From Thermoplasmatales archaeon ex4484_6 (GTDB lineage: Archaea > Thermoplasmatota > Penumbrarchaeia > Penumbrarchaeales > Penumbrarchaeaceae): 38,866 bases of DNA. This document shows, piece after piece, positions 25,706-34,755 of the stretch. The notes under the pieces were generated by a model. The model made no database searches and had not been told where the DNA came from. It worked only from the letters and a program-made list of their open reading frames with translations. Where the stretch lies: positions 1-38,866 of the forward strand of contig NJDO01000013.1 of the NCBI GenBank assembly GCA_002254385.1, given 5' to 3'. A program made the translations under genes and the position numbers. The stretch's first letter is position 1; every line of letters starts with the position of its first letter.

Positions 25706-28147
25706 TCAATCATCCCATGTAAGCTCCTCTTCCTCCTTTCCTTTCTTCTTCCGTCCCCTTGACTTCCTCTTTTTCTTCCCCTTCCCGGCCTTCTCCTTTT
25801 TATCGCTCTTCTCGTCCCCGCTGCCCTCATCATCCCGCCCGTCCCCTTCTTCCTCGCCTTCCCCGGCCGTCTCTTCCGCCGCTTCCCTCCTTGCCTTCCT
25901 CTTCCTTGCTATCTTCAGTGTTACGAGAAGGAATATCAGCAGGATCATCACGAGTCCGAGGATGCAGCATGCGAAGCACCCCTTGATGTTGTTGACGGCC
26001 ACGAAAGCCCCCACCTTGACCTGGACCCGTATTCTGTCAGCCTCGCCCGGCTCGAGATCTATATGTATTGTCGGATACCCCTCGGAGGTGTCCACCTCGA
26101 ACTCCCGGATCCTGTCCTGGTCCCCATTCCCGGCCCATGCTCTGAGACCGATGCCGCTGGGGACGGAGATGTACAGGTCGATATCGTATCTGGCAGCGTC
26201 CTCCAGATCGATGTTCCTTTCATATGTGTAAAGGGGAAGTATGGGGTCGAGATGGAAAGGGAGTATCTGGTTCTGCGGGCTGCTGTCATCATTTTCATCC
26301 TTCCCCGCCTTCCTGAGCTCCTTCATGGGTGCCAGGGTGCCCGATATCCACACACTGATGATTATGTGTTCGTCGGATGTCATGTTGTATATGTCGCCAT
26401 CGAAATCAAGGCTCTCGTCCACGAGGTCTATCCTGAAGGAATCGTTTCGATCCGGCATTATATCGGCAAGTCCCTCGTTCAGGTCCCCCTCCACCTTGTC
26501 CTCCACCTTCTGGCGGTCGATTATGCCCATGTCCATAAGAAGCCTTATCATGTCCGAGCTGAGATAGTCGAGTTCGAAATCGAGCGGCGTCGAGAACTCC
26601 ATATCCCCCGGATCGAACTTCATGGCACCCAGCCCCAGGTTCAGGTCGATATCCACATCCATCTCGATATCGGCAACGTACCATGTCCTGACCCGGGATA
26701 TGTCGATTCTCCCCTTCACGGAGAGCTCATCCCCGTCGAAATGCGGTGCCAGGGAGGAGGCGATCAGTTTCCTTCCGGGGGAATAGACATAGACATTCCT
26801 GCCGCCGACAGTACGGTCAGGCTGCTCATCGTCGAAAAACAGGTGCGGTGGAAGCATTATCTCCACGTCGAACCTGTCATCCGTTATCTGCTCCATCTCG
26901 TGGTATATCCTCAGTCCCCCGTTGAGAAGTCCGAGGACATCATCGGCCTCGTATCCGTCAAGGACATCGAGCACCGTCTCGCCTTCCGTGGACACTTCGG
27001 CCGTTACTGGTTCGTCCGCGGAGAATATGGTTATCAGTTCGGAACCGGACGAGGGCCTCGTGAGGTTTCCGGAACCGGTATCGAGGCTGACGACCGCTCT
27101 TGCCGTATCATCGGAAAGGGCTGTTCGCACCGTATCGGTGACCTCCGAGGAGATGGAGCTCTCCATCTCCTCCAGATCCGCGGAGGTGAGCACACCTTCC
27201 AGATGGGAATAGCCTATCAGTGCCGCAGGGACGAACGGGGGCGCTGTCATGGATGGTGGAAGGGTGGTGAGCATCTCCGACCTGTCCGTGGAAACGGATG
27301 AGATCTCCAGGCTCCCCGATATGGAGACCGCATCCAGCCTCTCCCAGTCGATAATCATGCTCCCGTGTATAATCTCGGAGGAAGGAGCGAACACTCTCGA
27401 AGCCGATAATATGAAGGTGAAATAAGATCTGGCCTCTCCACCGGTGCCGTCAACTACAATGTTGTAGAAACCATCAACGGGCATCCGGTCGTAGCTTTGC
27501 AGCTCCAGTTCCACTGCTCCGTCGCCCAGGGGGTCGAAGGAGTCCTCTATCATGTATGTAACATACTGGCCCTCCAGAGCCGTCAGTGAAAGCGATCTCG
27601 AAAAAGTGAAACCCGAGAGGAAGAGCGATGTGATGAAAAGGTCCTCTCTACCGTCCTCGAGAAGGTCCGCCCTGCTTCCCTCGAGGTACCTGTCCATGTC
27701 CTCGTGTCCCTTCAACTCAATGATGTGGTGGATCGGATCCGATTCCATGGTCGTGGAATTGTCCAAGCTCGAATTGTCCGTGAAGGAGGATACCATCTCC
27801 ACCATGCCTCCGGACAGCATGCTGTCCGTGATGTTGCCGACCCGCCGCCTCATCTCCGAATCGAGAGAGGCGAGCGTGGAATCGGGAAGCAGAGAATAGA
27901 TGTCCCTGATCTCCTCGCTGGACCTGAGGGTTCCGTTCAGTATCAGTTTGTGGATGTAGATGTCGGCACGGATGTCAAGGTCAAGGGGGCTCTCGAAAGT
28001 GACCCTTACCTCTATTGTGAGTTCTTCCCCCGCCGCTCTCGTGATTCCCGCGTCCCGGGCCCCCTCCGAGGAAGCCAGGATCGGGATGAAGGCTCCGGAA
28101 AGAAGCAGTAGGGCTGTGATGAAATGGACCACTGCATTGAATTTCAT
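25706..28147 (-). CDS. Large hypothetical surface protein (signal peptide, C-terminal TM, charge-block cytoplasmic tail)
   Basis: 813 aa. N-terminal MKFNAVVHFITALLLLSGAFIPILASS. C-terminal TM CCILGLVMILLIFLLVTL, then a 69-aa tail with an acidic block followed by a lysine/arginine block. No family recognised by eye. The long antisense ORF 26063..27301 looks like a GC artefact. Confidence 0.75.
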   Translation of the reverse strand: MKFNAVVHFITALLLLSGAFIPILASSEGARDAGITRAAGEELTIEVRVTFESPLDLDIRADIYIHKLILNGTLRSSEEIRDIYSLLPDSTLASLDSEMRRRVGNITDSMLSGGMVEMVSSFTDNSSLDNSTTMESDPIHHIIELKGHEDMDRYLEGSRADLLEDGREDLFITSLFLSGFTFSRSLSLTALEGQYVTYMIEDSFDPLGDGAVELELQSYDRMPVDGFYNIVVDGTGGEARSYFTFILSASRVFAPSSEIIHGSMIIDWERLDAVSISGSLEISSVSTDRSEMLTTLPPSMTAPPFVPAALIGYSHLEGVLTSADLEEMESSISSEVTDTVRTALSDDTARAVVSLDTGSGNLTRPSSGSELITIFSADEPVTAEVSTEGETVLDVLDGYEADDVLGLLNGGLRIYHEMEQITDDRFDVEIMLPPHLFFDDEQPDRTVGGRNVYVYSPGRKLIASSLAPHFDGDELSVKGRIDISRVRTWYVADIEMDVDIDLNLGLGAMKFDPGDMEFSTPLDFELDYLSSDMIRLLMDMGIIDRQKVEDKVEGDLNEGLADIMPDRNDSFRIDLVDESLDFDGDIYNMTSDEHIIISVWISGTLAPMKELRKAGKDENDDSSPQNQILPFHLDPILPLYTYERNIDLEDAARYDIDLYISVPSGIGLRAWAGNGDQDRIREFEVDTSEGYPTIHIDLEPGEADRIRVQVKVGAFVAVNNIKGCFACCILGLVMILLIFLLVTLKIARKRKARREAAEETAGEGEEEGDGRDDEGSGDEKSDKKEKAGKGKKKRKSRGRKKKGKEEEELTWDD

Positions 28148-28209
28148 GGCATGATATCATGGGATGTTTACAAAAGGTTTTTTCCTTTATTCGCACTTCA
28201 TGTGTACAC

Positions 28210-29394
28210 ATGACCTCGGAAGGGTTCGATGGCATCGGACCGATGACATTTCCACTGAAAAGGACCCTTGCTGTCCGAAAGAATGATGCGAACATCGCCC
28301 GGGGGATGCTGCTGAAACTTTCCCTCTTCGATCCGGACAGGGTGACGGGAAGGGGGGACGAGGTGCACTTCCCCGTTCTTTTTGATAACGTTTCACTTCT
28401 GGAGGAGCTCGTGAAGGCTCTGACGGATTCGGGGTGCGATTTTCATATTATGGAAGGTCCCGGCCTGACGAGGGAGCGTGATGTCCCTCCGACCCCCTAC
28501 GCAAAGGTGCTGGAACTTGTCAGGGGGAGGATCGATGAGAAGCTGGAGGGACTGATACCGGCTTCCTACGAGAAGCTCGGGGATTGTCTGATACTCAGAT
28601 TGGAAGGGCCGCCGGGTCCATTCCAGTATATCGTGGGGAGGGCCTACATGGAAGCGACCCGGACCAGGTACGTGTTGAGTGATGCGGGAGGAGTGTCCGG
28701 CGAGCTGAGGGAACCCCGGATGGAGGTTCTTGTACCTCCCGGGGACGGACGCTATGAGGTGGTCCACAGGGAGGGAAATGTCAGGTACCTCCTGGATCCG
28801 AGGAAGGTGATGTTCTCCTCGGGGAACATATCGGAGAGACCGTTGATTCCGGACTTGGCAAGATCCCTGCCGCTGCCTCCTGGCGTGGAAGCTTCGGCCG
28901 ACGGTCCGGCAGGTCGCCGGATGGAGGTGGTCGTGGACATGTTCGCGGGGATAGGATACTTCACGATTCCGCTTGCAAAGGGTTCCGATAGGGACATTCT
29001 CGTGATTGCGGTAGAGAAGAACCCGACCTCCTTCGGTTATCTAGTCAGAAACATAAGGGAAAACAAGGTCGGGGAGAGAGTGATCCCCGTTCTGGGCGAC
29101 TGCAGATCGACCCTTCCGAACGGCATCGCCGACAGGCTGATCGCCGGGTACTTGGGGGGAACGAGGAACTATTTCCGGACCGCCGTGGAACTGTCAAGGC
29201 CGGAGGGAAGCATCATCCACTTTCATGATACCGTTGAGGTCGAGACAGGACCGGAGGGTCTCTTCAACCTTCTCGAGAGAATGGCAGCGGAGGATGGGAG
29301 GAGCCTGTCCCTGCTCGGTTCGCGGAAGGTGAAATCGTATGCCCCGAGAATAGACCATGTGGCCCTTGACCTCCTGCTGGGTCCCGCCGAATGA
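28210..29394 (+). CDS. Trm5/Taw2-family (Met-10+ type) SAM-dependent tRNA methyltransferase
   Basis: Class I MTase motif VVDMFAGIGYFTIPLA, followed by VEKNP. N-terminal D1-like region LAVRKNDANIARGML. The start is uncertain: ATGs at 28159, 28210 and 28243. The ATG at 28159 would leave only 11 nt to the divergent gene. Confidence 0.75.
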   Translation: MTSEGFDGIGPMTFPLKRTLAVRKNDANIARGMLLKLSLFDPDRVTGRGDEVHFPVLFDNVSLLEELVKALTDSGCDFHIMEGPGLTRERDVPPTPYAKVLELVRGRIDEKLEGLIPASYEKLGDCLILRLEGPPGPFQYIVGRAYMEATRTRYVLSDAGGVSGELREPRMEVLVPPGDGRYEVVHREGNVRYLLDPRKVMFSSGNISERPLIPDLARSLPLPPGVEASADGPAGRRMEVVVDMFAGIGYFTIPLAKGSDRDILVIAVEKNPTSFGYLVRNIRENKVGERVIPVLGDCRSTLPNGIADRLIAGYLGGTRNYFRTAVELSRPEGSIIHFHDTVEVETGPEGLFNLLERMAAEDGRSLSLLGSRKVKSYAPRIDHVALDLLLGPAE

Positions 29395-29478
29395 ATCGGC
29401 GTTCGATATGCGGCGGGAATCCATATTGTGCTAGATAATGTTTTAAATCATGGGAATTATGACTTAATTGGTGGATGG

Positions 29479-30843
29479 ATGAAGAACGTCATCATTGCAG
29501 GGGGCGGGGATGTCGGATACGCTCTGGCCAGGACTCTCAGCGAGGAAGGACATAACATCACCGTTATAGAGAGGAACGATTCCCTGACCGAGAGGATCGA
29601 GGCCCTTGATGTTCTCGTCGTATCGGGGAACGCTGCCTCCCCTTCCGTTCTGGACCGTGCATACGTGAATTCGGCGGATTTCTTCATAGCCGTTACGGGA
29701 AGTGACGAGATCAACCTTGCGGCATGCTCTGTGGCAAAGAACAGGGGATGCCGGACCCTTGCGAGGATAAACAGCGAGGACTACCTGAAGAAACCGGTTT
29801 CCACGGAGGACCTCCAGGAGGTTGGCATCGATGTGGCCTTCTGCCCCGAACTCATCAGCTCCAGCCACATGGCCAATGTTCTCTCGATACCCCTCCTTCT
29901 GGATTCCCCGCTTTTCGGGAAGGGAATTCTTCGAATGGTGGAGAACCGGGTGGAGAAGGGATCCCGGGCAGCAGGAAGGGAGATCAAGAAGCTAAAGCTT
30001 CCGAGAAACATCAACCTTGTCGCGATCTTCAGGAGCGAGGAGGTTATCATCCCCCGGGGGAATCTCAGATTGGAGCCCAACGACAGGGTGCTCTCCATAA
30101 TGCCAACGGAATTCGAGGAAGGTTCCACAAAGGAACTGAGCGGGATACTCGGCATCCCGAGAAAGGTGGACAGCAGGAAGCCCATCGAGAGGGTCATGAT
30201 CGCCGGGGGATCGAGAGTAGGATACCACCTTGCCAGATTACTGTCGGAGAAGGATATGTCTGTCATAATCATCGAGGAAGACGAGGCCAGATGCAGGGAG
30301 ATATCGGAGAAGCTCCCCGACGTTCTTGTTGTCAACGGCTCCCCCACCGACAAGGACCTGCTCAAGGAGGAGGGTGTGACCGAGGCGGATGCGTTCCTTG
30401 CCGTGACCGACAGGGAGGAGGTGAACATACTGACGGCGCTTCTCGCAAGACAGTACGGGGCGAACAGATCCATTTCCCTTGTGGACAGACCGGGGTTGAA
30501 ATCCATACTCGAGGAGGTGGGGATAGACCTCGTCATATCCCCGAGAGCGGTGACCCTCTCGACGATACTGAAGTACTTCCACATGGATGACTTCGAATCC
30601 CTCGGGATCCTCAATCTGGGTGAAGCACAGGTCATCCAGCTCAAGGTAAGGGAAAAGGCGAAAGCTGCAAATGCCAGGATAGATTCCATCATGAGGTTTC
30701 GGAAGAAGGAGATGTTCATAGGCGCCATCGTGAGGGACGGCAAGGTGATAATGCCCCGTGGTGATACATTCATCCACCCGAAGGATAGACTGGTTATTTT
30801 TACAAAGAGCAGATTGGTGAAATGGGTCAAGGATAATTTCTGA
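29479..30843 (+). CDS. trkA: Trk potassium uptake protein TrkA (tandem RCK/NAD-binding domains)
   Basis: Two Rossmann GxGxxG units (IIAGGGDVGYALA and MIAGGSRVGYHLA), each followed by an RCK_C-like segment. ATG 29479, while the track start at 29428 is GTG. Confidence 0.9.
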   Translation: MKNVIIAGGGDVGYALARTLSEEGHNITVIERNDSLTERIEALDVLVVSGNAASPSVLDRAYVNSADFFIAVTGSDEINLAACSVAKNRGCRTLARINSEDYLKKPVSTEDLQEVGIDVAFCPELISSSHMANVLSIPLLLDSPLFGKGILRMVENRVEKGSRAAGREIKKLKLPRNINLVAIFRSEEVIIPRGNLRLEPNDRVLSIMPTEFEEGSTKELSGILGIPRKVDSRKPIERVMIAGGSRVGYHLARLLSEKDMSVIIIEEDEARCREISEKLPDVLVVNGSPTDKDLLKEEGVTEADAFLAVTDREEVNILTALLARQYGANRSISLVDRPGLKSILEEVGIDLVISPRAVTLSTILKYFHMDDFESLGILNLGEAQVIQLKVREKAKAANARIDSIMRFRKKEMFIGAIVRDGKVIMPRGDTFIHPKDRLVIFTKSRLVKWVKDNF

Positions 30844-30859
30844 AGTGGAAGGTAAAACG

Positions 30860-32308
30860 ATGGATGCCGAACGGATCGTCACCTCCGCCACGAGGGTCAC
30901 GGTCGTGGTCCTTGTACTGTTCATCATGTCCTTTGTAATCGATATGATATGGGATGACCTTTCATGGTCCAACTTTCACGTTTTCGTCCTTCCCTTTGCC
31001 TTCGGTTCCCTGATCTATCTCATCTTCTCCTTCAGGGAGGTCAGGTTCTCGATGTTCCGCAGGAGGTCCCGGTACACCGCCGCCATTCTCTCTTTCCTCT
31101 TCATGGTATTCCTGGGCTCTCTTCCCTTCATGCTCACGGAGCATTGGGACCCCGTATCCGCGGTGTTCGAATCCACTGCCGGTTTCACCACCACGGGCCT
31201 TTCGATCTTCGGGGCCCGGGAGATAACGGAGATGTCTCACGGCCTGATGTTCTTCAGGGTGGCGATCCAATGGGTGGGCGGGTTCTTCTATCTGGTGTTT
31301 GCGTTCATGTTCCTTTCCGACATAAGCGATCTGGCCCAGAGGTCCGTTGACAGGAGGATATTCTCCAGGATAGGCCTCGTCCCGAAACTGTCTTTCATAC
31401 TTCAGAACCTTGCAACGGTGTATGTCATCTTCACTCTGCTCTCCTTCCTTTCCGTCTACATATCGGGTCAGAGCCTGTTCGATTCGATCTGCCTCTCACT
31501 CGCGACGGTTTCCACCGGCGGATTCTCCTCATCCGGGCGGGTCCTCACGGGAGGATGGGGGCTCATGATGATGGTGGCCTTCTTCATGTTCCTCTCGGGA
31601 ATGGGTTACTATGTCCATCTTTCGCTGATGTCGGCCAGGGGGAGGAGGAGAACGTTCTTCGACTCCGAGAACGTGATATACCTAACCATGGTGTTCGTCG
31701 TTCCGATCGTTTCCACGCTGATCCTCGCATCCCACGGGATAGCCATCGGCAGCTCCCTGCGGGACGGGATCTTCGCCTCGATATCGGCACTGTCGACGAC
31801 CGGTTTCATGGTCGAGGGTATGGATTCATGGCCCGATTCCATGCGCTTTCTCCTTCTGCTCCTCATGCTCATCGGAGGTTCGTCGCTTTCCGTTGCTTCC
31901 GGTTTCAAGGTCCAGAGGTCCATTCTGCTCGTGAAGGGCTTCCTGGGAGAGGTGAGGAGAAGCTCACATCCGAGTGCCGTTGTGATGCTGAGAAGGGGGG
32001 AGGGGACATATTCGGACAAGGCACTGGAATCCGCGAACATGTCCTTTTTCTACCTGTTCGCACTTCTTGCCATCTCCATGACGGTACTGCTCCTTTTTGC
32101 GGATGACATGTTCGATGCTCTGTCCCTCTGCGTCACATCGCTGTCCAATTCGGGGATGGCCTTCGGGATATATTCGACGGCGGAGGGCATCGCCGGTCTC
32201 AACTGGTTCGTCAAGCTGGTCCTGGCCCTGATGATGCTTATCGGAAGGTTCGAGATACTGCTTCCCCTCTATGTCCTTTCCTTGAGGGGAAAGCGTTTCA
32301 CCGGGTGA
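30860..32308 (+). CDS. trkH: Trk-type potassium transporter membrane subunit TrkH
   Basis: Polytopic protein with repeated selectivity-filter-like segments (TAGFTTTGLS, LATVSTGGFS, ISALSTTGF, TSLSNSGM). ATG 30860 is preceded by GGAAGGT. An alternative GTG at 30845 directly follows the trkA stop. Confidence 0.85.
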   Translation: MDAERIVTSATRVTVVVLVLFIMSFVIDMIWDDLSWSNFHVFVLPFAFGSLIYLIFSFREVRFSMFRRRSRYTAAILSFLFMVFLGSLPFMLTEHWDPVSAVFESTAGFTTTGLSIFGAREITEMSHGLMFFRVAIQWVGGFFYLVFAFMFLSDISDLAQRSVDRRIFSRIGLVPKLSFILQNLATVYVIFTLLSFLSVYISGQSLFDSICLSLATVSTGGFSSSGRVLTGGWGLMMMVAFFMFLSGMGYYVHLSLMSARGRRRTFFDSENVIYLTMVFVVPIVSTLILASHGIAIGSSLRDGIFASISALSTTGFMVEGMDSWPDSMRFLLLLLMLIGGSSLSVASGFKVQRSILLVKGFLGEVRRSSHPSAVVMLRRGEGTYSDKALESANMSFFYLFALLAISMTVLLLFADDMFDALSLCVTSLSNSGMAFGIYSTAEGIAGLNWFVKLVLALMMLIGRFEILLPLYVLSLRGKRFTG

Positions 32309-33221
32309 CCTCGATGCATTCGAGATCCTCCGGCAGGTATGTTTCCGGGAAGATATTCCTCGCCTCCTCGAGAAGGGGCGCTTCCGAGCCCTCCCTGGCA
32401 TATCTGGGCGACGGGTGAACGATATACAACCTGGATACCTTCGCACTCCCGGCCAGGAGGGCTGCCTCGGCTGCCGTGGAGTGGCCGTACTTCCTGGCGT
32501 TCTCGGAAAGGTCCGATGTGAACGTGGCCTCATGTATGAGCAGGTCCACATTCTTCACGAGCTCCTCGACATCCTTCGACGGGGCCGTGTCCCCCGAATA
32601 ACCGATGGAAACCCCCTTCCTAGGGGGTCCGAGCACCATCTCCGGCGTGAATTCCCTGGTCTCGCCCCCGAAATCAACTTCCACGGTTTCGCCCTTTTGA
32701 AGCCGCCCCCACAGTCTTCCCTCGGGGATGCCGAGCTCGAGTGCTCTATCCCTGTTGAACCTTCCCGGCCTGTCATCGAGGAATATCCTGTAGGCCAGCG
32801 AGGGGACGTTGTGCCTTGCACGACCCGCCTTGAAATTGAGCTCCCCCACCTTGACGGTGTCCCCGGGATTCATGACCCGGACCCTTATCTCGAACCTTGA
32901 TTGGAAATGGCACATGGTGAGGGCCTTTTCCATCGAGCTCTCTATTCCCTCGGGTCCGAAAACGAGGAGCTTCTCCGTCCTGTCATTCAGGGACATTGTC
33001 TGGATGAGCCCCGGAACCCCGAGAAAATGGTCGCCGTGGAGATGCGTTATGAAGATGGCATCCAGCTTGTTCGGGGATACAGGGGAGAACAGCATCTGTT
33101 TCTGGGTTCCCTCCCCGCAGTCCAGAAGGACATTGGTGCTTCCGGAGGAGAGGGCTATGGAAATGGGATTTCTCCTCTTTGTTGGCCAGGAACCGCCTGT
33201 TCCCAGGAAGCATACTCTCAT
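32298..33221 (-). CDS. rnz: Ribonuclease Z (tRNA 3' endonuclease, metallo-beta-lactamase fold)
   Basis: MRVCFLGTGGSWP and ITHLHGDHFLGVPGLIQTM (HxHxDH), plus the C-terminal HSTAAEAA. Preferred start is ATG 33221, while the track start at 33245 is TTG. The 3' end overlaps the trkH 3' end by 11 nt (convergent genes). Confidence 0.88.
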   Translation of the reverse strand: MRVCFLGTGGSWPTKRRNPISIALSSGSTNVLLDCGEGTQKQMLFSPVSPNKLDAIFITHLHGDHFLGVPGLIQTMSLNDRTEKLLVFGPEGIESSMEKALTMCHFQSRFEIRVRVMNPGDTVKVGELNFKAGRARHNVPSLAYRIFLDDRPGRFNRDRALELGIPEGRLWGRLQKGETVEVDFGGETREFTPEMVLGPPRKGVSIGYSGDTAPSKDVEELVKNVDLLIHEATFTSDLSENARKYGHSTAAEAALLAGSAKVSRLYIVHPSPRYAREGSEAPLLEEARNIFPETYLPEDLECIEVTR

Positions 33222-33316
33222 GAGGGGGTCATTCAGGAGTTCCAATCTTATACTTTTCTGATAATGTGCCCAACCATTTCTTATACGTTACCGTTTTTCA
33301 ATGAACGGGAAACGGA

Positions 33317-33997
33317 ATGATCGACATCAAGATGGGGGAACTCCCGATCATCCTCAGACCTTCCAAGATAATATGTCTGCTCAGATCATATGCGGACCAT
33401 GCGGAGGAGATGAGGAGCGAGGTCCCCGAAAGACCCATGTTCTTCCTGAAGCCCCCCTCCTCTCTGCTTCCGGACGGCGGCACGGTGATCATTCCCGAGG
33501 GCGTGTCGGAACTCCATCATGAGGTTGAATTGGCCTTCGTTGTGGGGGAGAAGGGTCGAAACATCCCCCCCGGAGAAGCGGAAAGCCACATCATGGGCTA
33601 CACCGTGATGATGGACATCACCGCAAGGGATGTTCAGCTGGAAGCAAAGCAGAAGGGCCTTCCCTGGAGTGAGGCGAAAGGCCACGACACGTTCGCGCCC
33701 ATCGGATCGGAAATTGTCCCCGCGGAAAGCTGGGACTGGAAGGGAAAACGAATATGGCTGAAGGTCAACGGTGAGACCAGGCAGGACAGCAGCACCGACC
33801 TTCTTCTCTGGTCCCCGGCGGTGATCCTGTCACGGATCTCGGAAGTGATGACCCTCGAGAAGGGCGACATAGTGATGACCGGAACGCCTGCGGGTGTGGG
33901 CCCTCTTTCGGACGGTGACATCCTGGAAGCCGGAGTGGAGGGTATCCGGGCGATGAGGGTGCACGTGAGGTCCGGAACCGGAGGGAGGGAAGACTGA
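33317..33997 (+). CDS. Fumarylacetoacetate hydrolase (FAH)-family protein
   Basis: KIICLLRSYADHAEE...PMFFLKPPSSL...HHEVELAFVVGEKG...GYTVMMDITARD...KGHDTFAPIG...GDIVMTGTPAGVG is a typical FAH fold pattern. Confidence 0.88.
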   Translation: MIDIKMGELPIILRPSKIICLLRSYADHAEEMRSEVPERPMFFLKPPSSLLPDGGTVIIPEGVSELHHEVELAFVVGEKGRNIPPGEAESHIMGYTVMMDITARDVQLEAKQKGLPWSEAKGHDTFAPIGSEIVPAESWDWKGKRIWLKVNGETRQDSSTDLLLWSPAVILSRISEVMTLEKGDIVMTGTPAGVGPLSDGDILEAGVEGIRAMRVHVRSGTGGRED

Positions 33998-34753
33998 ATG
34001 GCAGGTGAAGTGGGCAGGAACGAACCGGAGAGGCTCAGGTCCAGAATACTGGAGATCCTCAAGAAAGAGGGCAAACTGATATCCTATCTCGAGAACACAT
34101 CACATCAGATGAGGACGCCCATGACGTTGATAAGCTCCTACACCGAACTCATACTTGCGGGTATGTACGGCCCTCTCACGGATGACATGAGGGAGAAGAT
34201 GGAAATGATCTCCTCCAACCTGGAAGAGATGTCATATTTCGTTGACCAGGTACAGGATATTGGCTATCTTGCCAATGGCAGGGAAACCGGGGAGTTGAAG
34301 AAGGTGGACATCAGGACCATGGTGGACAATGTGGCCGCCGAGATCTCCCTGATAGGAAAGCAGAGAAATGTGAAGTTCGAACTGGAGAACATGACGAGAC
34401 CTGTGGAAATTCCCGTGGACGAGCACCTTGCCCGGCGGGCTCTCTCCCATCTACTGAGATATGTTGTCTCCACCGCTCCGTTCGGAGCCCGGATAAAGGT
34501 GGCCCTAAAGGAGGGTGAGGAAAGGACGCTTATCATCGTTTTCGGGTTCGGGCAGATGATGGACCAGGACCGCATGGCGTCGATCGTCAGGTCCATGTCG
34601 GAGAAGGATGCCAGACTGACAACGATGGAATGGGAAAAACTGTCCCTGCCCATCGCAAAGGCCCTCATGGAGGTCCAGAAGGGAGACCTCACCGTTTTCG
34701 AGGACGAGGATTCGAGATGCGTCTACGTCCTCGAGTTCAGCAATCGTCCTTGA
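33998..34753 (+). CDS. Soluble histidine-kinase-like protein: intact HisKA H-box, degenerate HATPase_c
   Basis: 251 aa with no TM or sensor domain. H-box LENTSHQMRTPMTLISSYTELI (His codon 34103-34105). The N-box region reads ALSHLLRYVVSTAP (no Asn), G1 reads IIVFGFGQMM (no Asp), and G2 reads EKLSLPIAKAL (no Gly-x-Gly). Its ATG abuts the FAH stop (TGAATG). Confidence 0.65.
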   Translation: MAGEVGRNEPERLRSRILEILKKEGKLISYLENTSHQMRTPMTLISSYTELILAGMYGPLTDDMREKMEMISSNLEEMSYFVDQVQDIGYLANGRETGELKKVDIRTMVDNVAAEISLIGKQRNVKFELENMTRPVEIPVDEHLARRALSHLLRYVVSTAPFGARIKVALKEGEERTLIIVFGFGQMMDQDRMASIVRSMSEKDARLTTMEWEKLSLPIAKALMEVQKGDLTVFEDEDSRCVYVLEFSNRP

Positions 34754-34755
34754 TA

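Noticed and set aside
32298-32308. An 11-nt overlap of the 3' ends of the convergent trkH and RNase Z genes.
   Set aside because: Short convergent overlaps are common in compact genomes, and nothing else such as a structure or motif distinguishes the site.
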